Position numbers and translations under genes: made by a program. From Alphaproteobacteria bacterium (GTDB lineage Bacteria; Patescibacteriota; Minisyncoccia; Phycocordibacterales; JABAAK01), in NCBI GenBank assembly GCA_030054135.1, contig JASGCN010000003.1:27758-85777 (forward strand): a stretch of 58,020 nucleotides of DNA. The letters are read 5' to 3'. This document shows, piece by piece, positions 9,172 to 20,100 of this stretch. The stretch's first letter is position 1, and each line of letters begins with the position of its first letter. The notes beneath the pieces were generated by a model. That model searched no databases. It saw only the letters and a list, made by a program, of their open reading frames with translations, and had not been told where the DNA came from.

Positions 9172-9722
9172 ACAATAGTAATTGATTCATTTTTTTCTTT
9201 TGTAATTTTAGCCAAATCATCATTTGCGGCATCTACATATGTTTGCATGTCTTTAATTAAAGATCGTTCTGTATCTTCAGACAAAACACCATCTACTTTC
9301 ATTTTTTTTATTTCTTGTAAAGTTTTTTCACGCAACTGACGAACAGAAATACGAGCATCTTCATGTTTTTGATGAACGATTTTTTTAATTTCTTCTTTTC
9401 TCTCTGAAGTAAGCATTGGTGCAGTACAGCGAATTATTGACCCACTCACTGAAACAGAAAATCCAAATTCAGACTCTTTCACGGATTGTTCAATGTCTCG
9501 CAAAAGAGTATGATCCCACGGGGAAATAACCAATGTCATTGGCCCTTCTGAATTGATGGTCGCCACCTGAGAAACTGGCATTATACTTCCATAACTTGAA
9601 ACAAAAACAGTATCTAGTAACGCAGGAGTCACTCTTCCTGTATTAAGTTTTTGAAGCACACCGCTATAATGCTCCTTATTTTTTTTTAAAGATTCTTGAA
9701 ATGATTTGAATGAATACGCCAT
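9168..9722 (-). CDS. frr: Ribosome recycling factor
   Basis: 184-aa ORF with typical RRF length and sequence (LDTVFV..YG...P..QVA, C-terminal helical region with KKI..Q.HEDARI..R). Confidence 0.9.
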   Translation of the reverse strand: MAYSFKSFQESLKKNKEHYSGVLQKLNTGRVTPALLDTVFVSSYGSIMPVSQVATINSEGPMTLVISPWDHTLLRDIEQSVKESEFGFSVSVSGSIIRCTAPMLTSERKEEIKKIVHQKHEDARISVRQLREKTLQEIKKMKVDGVLSEDTERSLIKDMQTYVDAANDDLAKITKEKNESITIV

Positions 9723-9762
9723 ACATCTATATCTCTAGTGTACAATAAAAACAAAATGCTGG

Positions 9763-10026
9763 CTACGGTGAAACTTCTACTGACAAATTAACTCTCAATC
9801 CTTGTGCCCCAGCGTACGCATGGAGACATGTCCGCAATGCTTGCACCGTTCTACCCTTTGCCCCTAATATGCGACCAACAAATTCTTCTTTAACAAAAAT
9901 AATAGTTTGTAAATTGCCATCAACTTCAGTTATTTCAACTTTAAAAGAGTCTTCAGGAATGATCCCTGTACAAATATTTTTTACATAGGTGAGAAGTGTT
10001 TTTTCTACTTCAGAGTCTTTCAACAT
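9763..10026 (-). CDS. KH-domain RNA-binding protein (UPF0109/YlqC-like)
   Basis: 87-aa ORF with a GRILGAKGRTVQALR KH signature; directly downstream of rpsP, as in many bacteria. Confidence 0.8.
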   Translation of the reverse strand: MLKDSEVEKTLLTYVKNICTGIIPEDSFKVEITEVDGNLQTIIFVKEEFVGRILGAKGRTVQALRTCLHAYAGAQGLRVNLSVEVSP

Positions 10027-10031
10027 ATAGC

Positions 10032-10418
10032 CTAAACCGTCGGTACAGTTTCTTCTGTGGTCGCTGTTGTTTTTTGGATTGTGTCTTGAGTGATGGTTGT
10101 TTCAGTGGAATTGGTGGTTGCTGATTCCGGAACTTCTTTTTTTGGGATAGTTTTTTTTGGCAACACATTTATTTTTTTTGCTTGTATTATTTTTTCTTGA
10201 ACAAGCATATTGTGTATTCTATCGCTCAATTGCGCTCCTTCATCAATACGTTTTAGTATAGATTCTTTATTAATAGAAAAAGTATGTTTGATAGGATCTA
10301 TAGACCCAAGATTTTCTATTACTTTTCCAGTGACAGTACTTCGAGTTTTGAGCACTAAAACAACACGAAACATTGATCTATTGTTTTTTCCAAAACGCTG
10401 TAATCTTATCATTAGCAT
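10032..10418 (-). CDS. rpsP: 30S ribosomal protein S16 with a Thr/Lys-rich C-terminal tail
   Basis: N-terminus M(LM)IRLQRFGKNNRSMFRVVL is the S16 signature; about 40 extra low-complexity residues at the C-terminus. Confidence 0.9.
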   Translation of the reverse strand: MLMIRLQRFGKNNRSMFRVVLVLKTRSTVTGKVIENLGSIDPIKHTFSINKESILKRIDEGAQLSDRIHNMLVQEKIIQAKKINVLPKKTIPKKEVPESATTNSTETTITQDTIQKTTATTEETVPTV

Positions 10419-10448
10419 AATACAATATACCTTGTGGTTATTTTTTCG

Positions 10449-11765
10449 TCAATCTGCTGTAGAGCGCAGCGTCTCTACTGATTCATGAGTTCTTAATTTT
10501 TCCAATGCTTTTGACTCTATTTGACGAACTCGTTCTCTTGTTACCCCAAGTTTCGCTCCTATTTGTTCGAGTGTGTATTGTATCTTATCTGGCCCCATAC
10601 CATGTCGTAATTCAATAATTTGTCTTTCTTTTGCATTTAAAACATCCATAACAAATTTAATTTTTTCTGACAAAAGAACGCTCCCAGCTTCTTCATCTGG
10701 AGATTCTTGAGAATTGTCTTCAATGATATCTTGCAACAAGCTTTCATCTTGATCGTTAGATCGAGGAGAAATCTTTTTTTCTAATTGCACTACTTCTTGT
10801 CTCACTCTTTGAATAGTGTGTATTTTTTGCATATCTACTCCCATTTCGTCAGCTATTTCACCAAGAGTTGGCTTTCGACTAAGATCTTGTTCTAGTTGTA
10901 CAGATATTTTTTCAAAGCGAGCGATTGTTTCAGACATATGCACTGGGATACGAATAGTACGAGATTTATCTGCCAATGCACGTGTGATTGCCTGTTTTAT
11001 CCACCACGTTGCATATGTTGAAAATTTAAATCCACGATTATGTTCAAACCCGTCCACTGCTTTATACAGCCCATTTGTTCCCTCTTGAACCAAATCAAGA
11101 AGACCGAGATCTCTACTTCGTGAAGAATAATTTTTTGCAATCGAAACCACTAATCGCAAGTTTGCAGTTGCTAATTCATCTCGTGCGAGCAATCCTTCTG
11201 TAATAATTTTTTTCTTTTTAACAGAGTTTTTTATAGATATTTTATTTTGAAGCACTTTGTTATATATACTTATTTTTTCTCCAAGCTCTTTTTCCTCTTT
11301 TGAGTTCAATAGTTTGTATTTTCCTATGTCTCGTAAATACATTTGTACTGAATCGTAATCATTTCCACTAGATTCTCGTGTTGCGTGTTCTTTAGGGACA
11401 TTGATATGTTCAAATACATTGTCGAGATTAAGAATATCCACTCCATCAAGTTTTAACACACGAACAATAAGTTTATTATATTTTTCATACTCCGCAGGAA
11501 TGAACGCAGAAATTTCTTTTTCAGACAAATACTTTTTTTCTTTGCCCAATACCAATAAACGTTCAACTGTTTTCAAAAGCTGTTTGGGAAATTTTTGAAA
11601 AATGGTGCTTCTTTCTTCCTCTTTTTTTTGAAGAGCGAGTATTTTAGCACTACTTTTTTTTACTGTTTCTTTTTTTTTCTTATGTGGAATTTTTTTTTGT
11701 TTTTTTGGCGTGAATAATGATCCCCACTTGTCAAGGTTTAGCTTTTTTCTTTTGGAAGAAAGCAT
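10449..11765 (-). CDS. rpoD: Primary RNA polymerase sigma factor (sigma-70/RpoD family)
   Basis: Region 2 [13 protein letters not shown], region 3, region 4.2 [23 protein letters not shown]. The N-terminal ~50 aa are strongly Lys-rich. Confidence 0.9.
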   Translation of the reverse strand: MLSSKRKKLNLDKWGSLFTPKKQKKIPHKKKKETVKKSSAKILALQKKEEERSTIFQKFPKQLLKTVERLLVLGKEKKYLSEKEISAFIPAEYEKYNKLIVRVLKLDGVDILNLDNVFEHINVPKEHATRESSGNDYDSVQMYLRDIGKYKLLNSKEEKELGEKISIYNKVLQNKISIKNSVKKKKIITEGLLARDELATANLRLVVSIAKNYSSRSRDLGLLDLVQEGTNGLYKAVDGFEHNRGFKFSTYATWWIKQAITRALADKSRTIRIPVHMSETIARFEKISVQLEQDLSRKPTLGEIADEMGVDMQKIHTIQRVRQEVVQLEKKISPRSNDQDESLLQDIIEDNSQESPDEEAGSVLLSEKIKFVMDVLNAKERQIIELRHGMGPDKIQYTLEQIGAKLGVTRERVRQIESKALEKLRTHESVETLRSTAD

Positions 11766-11773
11766 ATCTTCTT

Positions 11774-11782
11774 AGTATGCCA
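11774..11782 (-). promoter_or_regulatory. Putative extended -10 element (TGgCATACT) for rpoD
   Basis: Reverse complement of 11774-11782 reads TGGCATACT; 8 nt to the ATG at 11765; lies in the 28-nt dnaG-rpoD spacer. Confidence 0.4.
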
Positions 11783-11793
11783 AATTATTTTTT

Positions 11794-13455
11794 TTAAGGC
11801 AATAAACGTAGTTTATTTTGAGCATGTGTTAAAAGCTCTTTTATCACTGTATACTCTTTCTTTACCTCTTCAGAATGCAAAGTGGCCTCAGAAGTAGTGT
11901 TTAAGAGTATTTGCAATTGTTCTCTATATAACATAATTGCTAACTGCAATAAAATATATCTAAAATCTTTATGTGGGTCCCCCTCTTCAGTTGAGTATCG
12001 CAAACTCGCAGATTCCGTCGCCATAGGAAGTGTGATAATTTTTTGTACTGAGAGAAGGTGTTTTTGTAAATCTTCCGGAACTGTATCCTCAATATACAAG
12101 AGCATGTCACTCAATGCTTGAGCATATTTTTCTTTCATAGGAGGAGTGTATGTTGCTATATTACTCGCGATGGTTGGCATTGTGGAAAAATTTTTGAAAT
12201 GTATATTAAATGATTCTTGTATGTCCTTCACTGGTATTTCTAAAAATTTTGCCATATCACTTAAATATCCAGCTCTCGTGAGAGGATCCTTAACAGATGT
12301 GCATATTGGAAAAAAAACTTTTTGGACAACATTCATTTGTTCATTTTTTGTTTTTAACTTTGAAAGAAATACAGAGCCAAACCAATCGACAATTTCTTTT
12401 TTTTCTTTTAATGCATTGGAAAAAATATTTTCATCGGCCAAAAGAATATCCGCTGGGTCTTTTCCCTCCGGGAGAGTAATAATTTTTATTGTGCATTGCT
12501 CTTCCAGTGCAATTGAAATTCCTCTCACCACTGCGCGTAATCCAGCATTGTCACCATCAAAACAAAAAACGATTCTGTTTGTCATTTTTTTTAATTCTTT
12601 GATGTGTTCTTTTGTAAGTGCCGTTCCTGAAGTACACACTGTCATTGCATATCCACTTTGGTGTGCCATAAGAACATCAAACTGCCCTTCCATAAGAATA
12701 ACATAATCACTTTTTCGAATTGCCTGTTGGGCGAGATGAATGCCGTATAATAAATTTGATTTTTTAAAAAGCATTGTTTCTGGAGAATTAAGATATTTTG
12801 GCTCTTGTCCCGCTCGAATTGCTCTTCCAGTAAACCCAACAATTGAACCGTCTACTTGTATAAAGGGAAACATAACCCTATCCCTAAACCGTGAATACAT
12901 ACCCATAGTATCATCCCGCATTACAAGCATTCCTGTTTCTATTAATATTTTTTTATTTTTTGTAACTTTTTGTTCTAAAAATTCTTTCGTATTGGGCGCA
13001 TACCCTATACAAAAATTATCTATGATTTCTTTTTTAAGACCACGTCTAGAAAGATATTCGAGTATTTCTGGATCTAAAAACTTGTGATACGCCTGCGCAC
13101 AATCAGTAAGGATCTTAATGTGCTCCAACTTTTTTTGGTTATACAATTTATCTTTTTCAGTTGGTTCGGTAATTGCAATGCCATATTTATCCGCTAACTT
13201 AACAAGAGCATCTCGGAATGTGATTCCCTCTATTGTTTGTAAAAATCTAAAAACATCTCCACCGTTTTGAGAAGAAAAACAATAATACACTTGTTTCACT
13301 GGGTCAACAAAAAAAGATGCTGTTTTTTCATTGGTAAACGGAGATTTCCCCTTATAATGTTTACCAGCTCGTATAAGAGAAGTATATTGAGAAATAATCT
13401 CCACAATATCTGCTCGTTCCTTAATTTGTGAAACTACAGATATTTTTTCCATCAT
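11794..13455 (-). CDS. dnaG: DNA primase DnaG
   Basis: N-terminal primase zinc-ribbon homology region, TOPRIM motifs MEGQFDV and DGDNAG. The track ORF begins at a GTG (13473); the ATG-ATG at 13455/13452 gives the canonical N-terminus and has a -10-like element 6 nt upstream. Confidence 0.9.
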   Translation of the reverse strand: MMEKISVVSQIKERADIVEIISQYTSLIRAGKHYKGKSPFTNEKTASFFVDPVKQVYYCFSSQNGGDVFRFLQTIEGITFRDALVKLADKYGIAITEPTEKDKLYNQKKLEHIKILTDCAQAYHKFLDPEILEYLSRRGLKKEIIDNFCIGYAPNTKEFLEQKVTKNKKILIETGMLVMRDDTMGMYSRFRDRVMFPFIQVDGSIVGFTGRAIRAGQEPKYLNSPETMLFKKSNLLYGIHLAQQAIRKSDYVILMEGQFDVLMAHQSGYAMTVCTSGTALTKEHIKELKKMTNRIVFCFDGDNAGLRAVVRGISIALEEQCTIKIITLPEGKDPADILLADENIFSNALKEKKEIVDWFGSVFLSKLKTKNEQMNVVQKVFFPICTSVKDPLTRAGYLSDMAKFLEIPVKDIQESFNIHFKNFSTMPTIASNIATYTPPMKEKYAQALSDMLLYIEDTVPEDLQKHLLSVQKIITLPMATESASLRYSTEEGDPHKDFRYILLQLAIMLYREQLQILLNTTSEATLHSEEVKKEYTVIKELLTHAQNKLRLLP

Positions 13456-13461
13456 ACTGGT

Positions 13462-13470
13462 AGCATAACA
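13462..13470 (-). promoter_or_regulatory. Putative extended -10 element (TGtTATGCT) for dnaG
   Basis: Reverse complement of 13462-13470 reads TGTTATGCT; 6 nt to the ATG at 13455; sits just after the rpoC stop (13473-13475). Confidence 0.45.
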
Positions 13471-13472
13471 CA

Positions 13473-16400
13473 CTACTGTTCAATTTCCTTTTTTTTGCCT
13501 TCTAAAAATATTCTTTCTTTGTTTAATTCTATTACTTTTTGTATTGTGTCATATTTTTTACTTCCAACAAAACCACTTCCCACAGGAGGTAGTCTCCCAA
13601 TAATAACATTTTCTTTTACGCCATCCAATACACTCACCCGTCCTTCAAGTGAAGTTCTAATTAATACATTAACTGTTGTTTGGAAAGATGCAGCAACAAG
13701 AAAGTTAGATCTATTAGTAGAGACATTGATGATACCTGTAACGATAGATTCAGCTTGGATTATTTTTTTATTTTTCTTTTCTAATTCTTCATTAATATGA
13801 GTAAGCGTGCGTAAATCTAAAACATCCCCCTCTAAGAATGTACTATCTCCAATATCTTTTATCACATATCTACTAAACATTTGGCGTATCATTATTTCAA
13901 AGTGAACTGGTAAAATTTCTTGACCTTGTATTTCGTATACCTTTCTTGATTCAGCAAATATATATTCTTGCACCACTTCTTTTTTCACATATTTGCTATA
14001 TTCATTTAATTCAAATGATCCATCAGTGAGAGCCATCCCCTTTTGAACTTCTTGTCCTTCTTTCACAAGAATGTATCTATTTTTATGAATTTCATATTCA
14101 CACATATCTTTAGTTGGCTTTCCTTCTGTTGGAGTGATTTCTAATTTTGCAAAACCATTAGACAGTGTTTCAATTTTTTTAATTATTCCATCACATCGAG
14201 CAATGACAGTTTGATTTTTTGGTGTGCGAGCTTCTAGTAATTCCTCAAGGCGTGGAAGCCCACCAGCATTAATATCTTGTGAAATAGTACCACTTGTTTT
14301 TGTAGTTCCCTTTACACTGGAAACCGTAAGCTGTGTACCTGGTTCACCGATTGCTTGAGCAGCTATAGTACCCACAGGCTCTCCGAGCCCGATAAGTTCG
14401 CCAGTTGAACTATCAACCCCGTAACATTTTATACAAACACCATGCGCATTTCTACAGGTAATTGGAGAGCGTACTCGCACAGAATCAACAGATTCATTTT
14501 TTTCTATAAGTTCTGCAAATTCTTTTGTAATTAAAGTGTTCTTTTTAAGAATAACACCATTTTTACCTTCTACATCTTCTGCAGTAAATCTACCATAGAT
14601 TCTTTTCGAAAAAGCAGCCCCCACACCGCTGAGTGTTTTTCTATACAATACAAATCCTCTTGTAGTTCCACAATCTTCTTCAACAACATTAATTTCTTGA
14701 GCAACATCAAAAAGTCTTCTCGTGAGGTATCCTGCATTCGCAGTTTTAATAGCAGTTCCCACCCCTCCCTTTCTGTTTTCATATGAAATAAGGAAATACT
14801 CAAGTGGAGTAAGCCCCTTAAGGAAAGAAGCGGCTATTGGATATTCATTTGCGCTGTTATTTGTATTTACTGCTCCATACATTCCAGTCATTTTTGCATA
14901 TCCTCCCATATCGCCTCTCGCTCCTGAAGTAATCAACAATGACACACTTGAATGTAAATCCATTGTTTCTTGAATTTTTTTAACTAAATTTTCTTTTGCT
15001 TTTTTCCATGTATCAAGCACTTTACGAGTTCGCTCATCCTCTGAAATATATCCCTGTTCATACTCATCGTAAATTACTTCTGCAGTTTGAGTTGCTTGTT
15101 GAATTTCAATTTTTTTATCTGCAGGTTCTTTTAGTTCAAAAATACTAAATGTTGTCGCACTTATAGTCGCCATATTAAATCCAAAAGATTTCATTGCATC
15201 AAAATATTTCACTGAATTTTCCATGCCGTACGTATCCAAAATTTTTGTACTCAAATCGGTAAGTTGAGATTTTGTAAGAGTTTCGTTAACAAACAGAAAA
15301 TCATCTGGTAGAGTTTGATTGAAAAGTATTCGCCCAACAGATGTAACAAAATATGGTGTGGTAATTCCAACAAACCTTTTCTCTTTTGCATCTACTAGAA
15401 TTGCGATAGGACTGTGTAGCGAGATCACCTTATCCCCGTATGCGCGTATTGCTTCTCGCATTGATGAGTAATAACCAACAATTGTTTTTGATTGAATTGC
15501 TTTTGGATTAATAGCATTATTAAAATCAATGGTTGCATAATAACACCCAAGAACGATATCCATTTTTGCTGGCCCCATGTTCATTTTTCCAGATCCTGCA
15601 TTTACCAAGTTTTTTGTAGAAACCAAATATAATCTTGCTTCAGTTTGAGCTTCGTCAGAAAGTGGTAAGTGCACTGCCATTTGGTCTCCATCAAAGTCGG
15701 CATTGTATGCTTCACACACTAAAGGATGCAATTCAATTGCCTTTCCTTCGATCAACACAGGACGGAATGCTTGTATTCCTTGTCTGTGTAAGGTGGGCTG
15801 TCTATTAAGTAACACGTATTTATCTTTAACAATTCTATCCAAAATATCATACACCACAGGATACCGATCATCAATAATTCTTGAAGCTGAACGTATATTA
15901 TGTGCAAGCCCAGATTCTATAATATCCGCTATCAAAAATGGTCTGAAAAGCTCAAGTGCGATATCTTTTGGCAACCCACATTCATCATACATAAGATGAG
16001 GGCCAACAACAATTACAGACCGAGCAGAATAATCTACTCTTTTTCCAAGAAGATTTTGTCTGAAGAAACCTTTTTTACCTATCAATGAATCAGCAAGAGA
16101 TTTTAGTTTTCTGTTCTGGCTCTTACTTGAAGTATTGGTACTGTTATATTCAATAGAGCTGTCAAAAAGCGCATCTACAGCTTCTTGCAGTAATCTTTTT
16201 TGTGTATCAATAAAAATTTTTGGAGCCTTATTCTCTATAAAGTTTTTCAATCGATTATTTCTAATGATAATCATGCGATACAAATCATTTAAATCTGAAG
16301 ATGCATATCTTCCTCCATCTAATGGCACCAAAGGACGCACCCCCACTGGTATCACAGGCAAGTGAGTAAGGAACATGTGCTCTGGTCTTGATTTTGATTC

Positions 16401-17186
16401 GATAAAACTTTTTACCAAGTTTAATTGTTTGCGCAATTTTTCATTATTAGTTTTATTTGCCTTCAATAATTTTTTTCGAATTTCTTCTTCTTTCTTTTTG
16501 AGATCAACTTTTTTTAAAATATTGTAAATAGCTTCTGCTCCTTTTTCTGCTTCAAAAGCATCCGCATATTTTTTACTGATAATGTAATATGTTGTTTCAT
16601 CAATGATATTGTCCAACACAATGCTATCGAGTTCATTAATACGATCTTGATATAGTGTTTCAATTTTCTTTTTTGATTCAGTATTTTGTACAGTTGCGAG
16701 CCCCTGTTCGAGAGATTTTTTCAACTCTTGTTTGTATTTTTGGATTCTCTGTTCATCAATTGAAGTAATAATATACGCCGAATAGTAAATAACTTTTTGC
16801 AATTCAGTCGCAGTTTTCCCTAAGAATTGTGACAATCGTGAAGGAGATTTTCTTAAAAACCAAATATGACAAATTGGAGAAGCCAGTACGATGTGCCCCA
16901 TTCGTTCTCTACGAACAGAAGATTTTGTTATTTCAACTCCACATTTATCACAAATAATACCATGATATTGAGATCCTTTATACTTTCCACAACTACAAGA
17001 GAAATCAACTTCTGGTCCAAAAATTCGTTCACAGAACAACCCTCCAACCTCTGATCGTTGTGTGCGATAGTTAATTGTTTCGGCTTTTTGTATTTCACCA
17101 TGAGACCATGACAATATATCACTCGGAGTAGCAAGGTGAATTGAAATTGAATCAAAACTGCTATTTGTTTTTATATTTTGCTTCAT
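13473..17186 (-). CDS. rpoC: DNA-directed RNA polymerase subunit beta'
   Basis: 1237-aa ORF with the catalytic NADFDGDQM motif and an N-terminal Cys-rich zinc finger; ATGA overlap with the rpoB stop. Confidence 0.97.
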   Translation of the reverse strand: MKQNIKTNSSFDSISIHLATPSDILSWSHGEIQKAETINYRTQRSEVGGLFCERIFGPEVDFSCSCGKYKGSQYHGIICDKCGVEITKSSVRRERMGHIVLASPICHIWFLRKSPSRLSQFLGKTATELQKVIYYSAYIITSIDEQRIQKYKQELKKSLEQGLATVQNTESKKKIETLYQDRINELDSIVLDNIIDETTYYIISKKYADAFEAEKGAEAIYNILKKVDLKKKEEEIRKKLLKANKTNNEKLRKQLNLVKSFIESKSRPEHMFLTHLPVIPVGVRPLVPLDGGRYASSDLNDLYRMIIIRNNRLKNFIENKAPKIFIDTQKRLLQEAVDALFDSSIEYNSTNTSSKSQNRKLKSLADSLIGKKGFFRQNLLGKRVDYSARSVIVVGPHLMYDECGLPKDIALELFRPFLIADIIESGLAHNIRSASRIIDDRYPVVYDILDRIVKDKYVLLNRQPTLHRQGIQAFRPVLIEGKAIELHPLVCEAYNADFDGDQMAVHLPLSDEAQTEARLYLVSTKNLVNAGSGKMNMGPAKMDIVLGCYYATIDFNNAINPKAIQSKTIVGYYSSMREAIRAYGDKVISLHSPIAILVDAKEKRFVGITTPYFVTSVGRILFNQTLPDDFLFVNETLTKSQLTDLSTKILDTYGMENSVKYFDAMKSFGFNMATISATTFSIFELKEPADKKIEIQQATQTAEVIYDEYEQGYISEDERTRKVLDTWKKAKENLVKKIQETMDLHSSVSLLITSGARGDMGGYAKMTGMYGAVNTNNSANEYPIAASFLKGLTPLEYFLISYENRKGGVGTAIKTANAGYLTRRLFDVAQEINVVEEDCGTTRGFVLYRKTLSGVGAAFSKRIYGRFTAEDVEGKNGVILKKNTLITKEFAELIEKNESVDSVRVRSPITCRNAHGVCIKCYGVDSSTGELIGLGEPVGTIAAQAIGEPGTQLTVSSVKGTTKTSGTISQDINAGGLPRLEELLEARTPKNQTVIARCDGIIKKIETLSNGFAKLEITPTEGKPTKDMCEYEIHKNRYILVKEGQEVQKGMALTDGSFELNEYSKYVKKEVVQEYIFAESRKVYEIQGQEILPVHFEIMIRQMFSRYVIKDIGDSTFLEGDVLDLRTLTHINEELEKKNKKIIQAESIVTGIINVSTNRSNFLVAASFQTTVNVLIRTSLEGRVSVLDGVKENVIIGRLPPVGSGFVGSKKYDTIQKVIELNKERIFLEGKKKEIEQ

Positions 17187-20100
17187 ATTTTTTTTGTTTC
17201 AAATATTTGTTCTCTATTTTCTATCAACCCAACATTAAGCCCCAACCCTCGTAAATAATATAGTAAAACATTAAAGGCGGCTGGTGTGTGCACTTGGGTA
17301 ATTGGCATTTTTTTTATAATAGCACTGTATGCTTTTGATCTACCTAATACATCATCTGATTTGTACGTGAGCATTTCTCGAAGAGTATATGCTGCTCCAT
17401 GTCCCAACAAAGCCCATACTTCCATTTCTCCCATACGTTGCCCTCCTCGTCTTGAACGGCCTCCTAATGGCTGTTGAGAAACAAGAGAGTAAGGCCCAGT
17501 TGAACGTGCTTGGAATTTATCTTCAACCATGTGATGCAGTTTCATAATATACATGTACCCCATGGCGATAGGACGATCATACTTTTCTCCTGTTTGTCCA
17601 TCATAAATATCTACACATCCTGTTTCTGAAAAACCAGCTTTTTTTAGTTCTTGAGCAATATCTTTTGTGTCAAGATTTGAAAAAGGTGGCACTACCGCTT
17701 GGTATCCTAATGTATGCGCAGCAAGACCTAAATGTAATTCAAAAATTTGTCCCAAGTTAAGACGACCTGCAACAGAAAGAGGTGAGAGCACCATATCAAG
17801 TGGAACTCCATCTGCAGTGTGTGGCATATCTTCAGCTGGAAGAATTTTTGACACAATTCCTTTATTTCCATACCTATTGGCAAGTTTATCCCCTGTTTGG
17901 ATATGACGAATCTCTGCTATAAGAATTCTTACTTGTTTAATTACTCCAGTGTCTAGTACGTATCCATCTTCTCTAGTTCGTACTTCAACAGACATAACAC
18001 GACCACGTCTTCCCGCTGGCAATGTGAGTGAAGAATCCTTAACATCTTTTGCTTTTTCTCCAAAAATAGACTGTAACAACCTTTCTTCAGGAGTTAAAAT
18101 TGTTTCTCCTCTTGGAGATATTTTTCCACAAAGTACATCCCCCGCGTGAACCTGCGAACCGAGAAGCACGATTCCTTCTGAATCCAAGTTTCTTAATCTG
18201 TACTCACTTACATTTGGGATGTCTGAAGTAATCATTTCTGGCCCGAGTTTAGTATCTCGTACATCACATATTTCTTCTGTCACTTCTAGTGAGGTGAATA
18301 TGTCTTGATCAATAAGTTTTTGCGATATAAGAATTGAGTCTTCAAAATTGTATCCTTTAAATGACATAAACCCAACACGAATATTATTTCCAAGAGATAA
18401 TTGTCCGTCTACAGTAGATGCAATGTCAGCGAGTAGTGTTCCTTTTTGAACCTTGTCTCCAATAGAAACTACAGGTCTTTGATGTAGAGAAAATGTTGAA
18501 CTGTTGTTAGTAGAAAAAACATTTAACGTATATTCTTTTGTTTCTTTGCCTTTTATTTTTATTTTTTTTGCATCCACATATTCAACTATTCCCTCTTCCT
18601 CAGCATATAATAATCTTTTAGAAATATTTCCTGCCAATCCTTCAAATCCAGTCGCCACAAGTGGTGGTTCAGTGACTAAACATGTGGTAGCCTGTCTTTG
18701 CATGTTTGTACCATATTGTACTCGAACGGGAACATTATGTGAAGAAAAAGGAATAAGAGAAGTCGCTATTGAAAAAAGTTGTGAAGCTGACACATCAACG
18801 TAATCTATTTTTTGAGCTGAAACTCTTTCGTAGTCAGGCCCCTTTCGTGCAAAAACTCTTTTTTCTATAAATGTTCCATCGCTGTTTATTTCCGCAGTTG
18901 CGGGAGCGATATAACACTCTTCTTCTTGATCGGCAGTCAGATATTCAATTGAGTTTGTTATTTTCCCGTCCAAAACCTTTTTATATGGTGCTTCTATAAT
19001 TCCATACTGATTAAGTCTTGCGGTAAGAGCAAAGTGCACTACTAATCCAGTGCTCGCTCCTTCTGGGGTATTAAGTGGACATATTTTTCCATAATGAGTG
19101 TAATGCAAATCTCTAACTTCAGAGCTTGCGTGGTCTCTCATAACTCCTCCTACACCAAGAGTGGTCACAGTTCTATGGTGCTCTATTTCATCTAATATGT
19201 TTTGTTGACGAAGTTGTTGTACCAATTGGTTGGTATTAAAGAAACTTTGTATTGTAGTTTTTAAAATTCTAAGATTTATTACTGACGTGGGCGCCTTTAG
19301 TAGCATTGGATCCACAGTAATCATTCTATCTTGAGTTGTTTTTCTCATGCGTAAAAATCCAATACGTATATGCTCATGGAATAGCTCTCCGACAGTGCGC
19401 ACCCTTTTTAATGCAAGTGAATCTGTATTATCTGGCTCTGCATTTGGTGTTTTTGAAAGTCTAACTATCTCTTTAATAATTAAAACAAGATCATCTGGGG
19501 TTAGGTGTCTTTCTGTTCTTTTTTTGTCTGTGATACCAATTCTTTTATTAAAATTAATTCTTCCTACTTCAGAAATATCATAATATGAAGGAGAAAACTT
19601 TGCTTCAATAAATTCTTTTGCTCGTTGTGGTAAAATTGACTCCCCCGATCGAAGTGTTTTGTATAAAGAAACAAACACTTCTTCTAATGTGTCCGAAGGA
19701 TCCGCCGCCAATGTTTTTTGAATGTACAGAAGTGCATCTTTATCGTGATCAAACAACGCGAGAACTTGTTCTTTTGAATATTTTCCCAATCCTCTCAATA
19801 AAGAAGTAATCGGAATTTTTTTTGCACCTTGATTGAAACGAATAAATATTCTCCCCTGTGCATCGCCTTCAGAATTAACCCATGTTCCTCTTCCTTTTAC
19901 AGTTCTTATTTCAAATCCAAAATTGATTGGGCCTTTTGTTTTTTGATCTTGCACAAAACGAATACCTGTTGCTTTTACCAATTGAGCAACAACAACTTTT
20001 TCAACCCCATTAATAATAAAAGTAGATTGATCGGTAATTGCAGGGAGCTCAGCAAAAATAATTTCTTCACTTTGTTTTGTCCCTAATATATTATTTACCA

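Noticed and set aside
12146-12706. 186-aa plus-strand ORF inside dnaG. Similar antisense ORFs occur at 26580-27107 in mltG, 52580-53119 opposite the 51624 gene, 42020-42445 in ychF and 55401-55763 in the murE-like gene.
   Set aside because: All lie opposite genes with clear homology-type motifs. They have low-complexity, hydrophobic or Cys-rich composition and no start-site signals.
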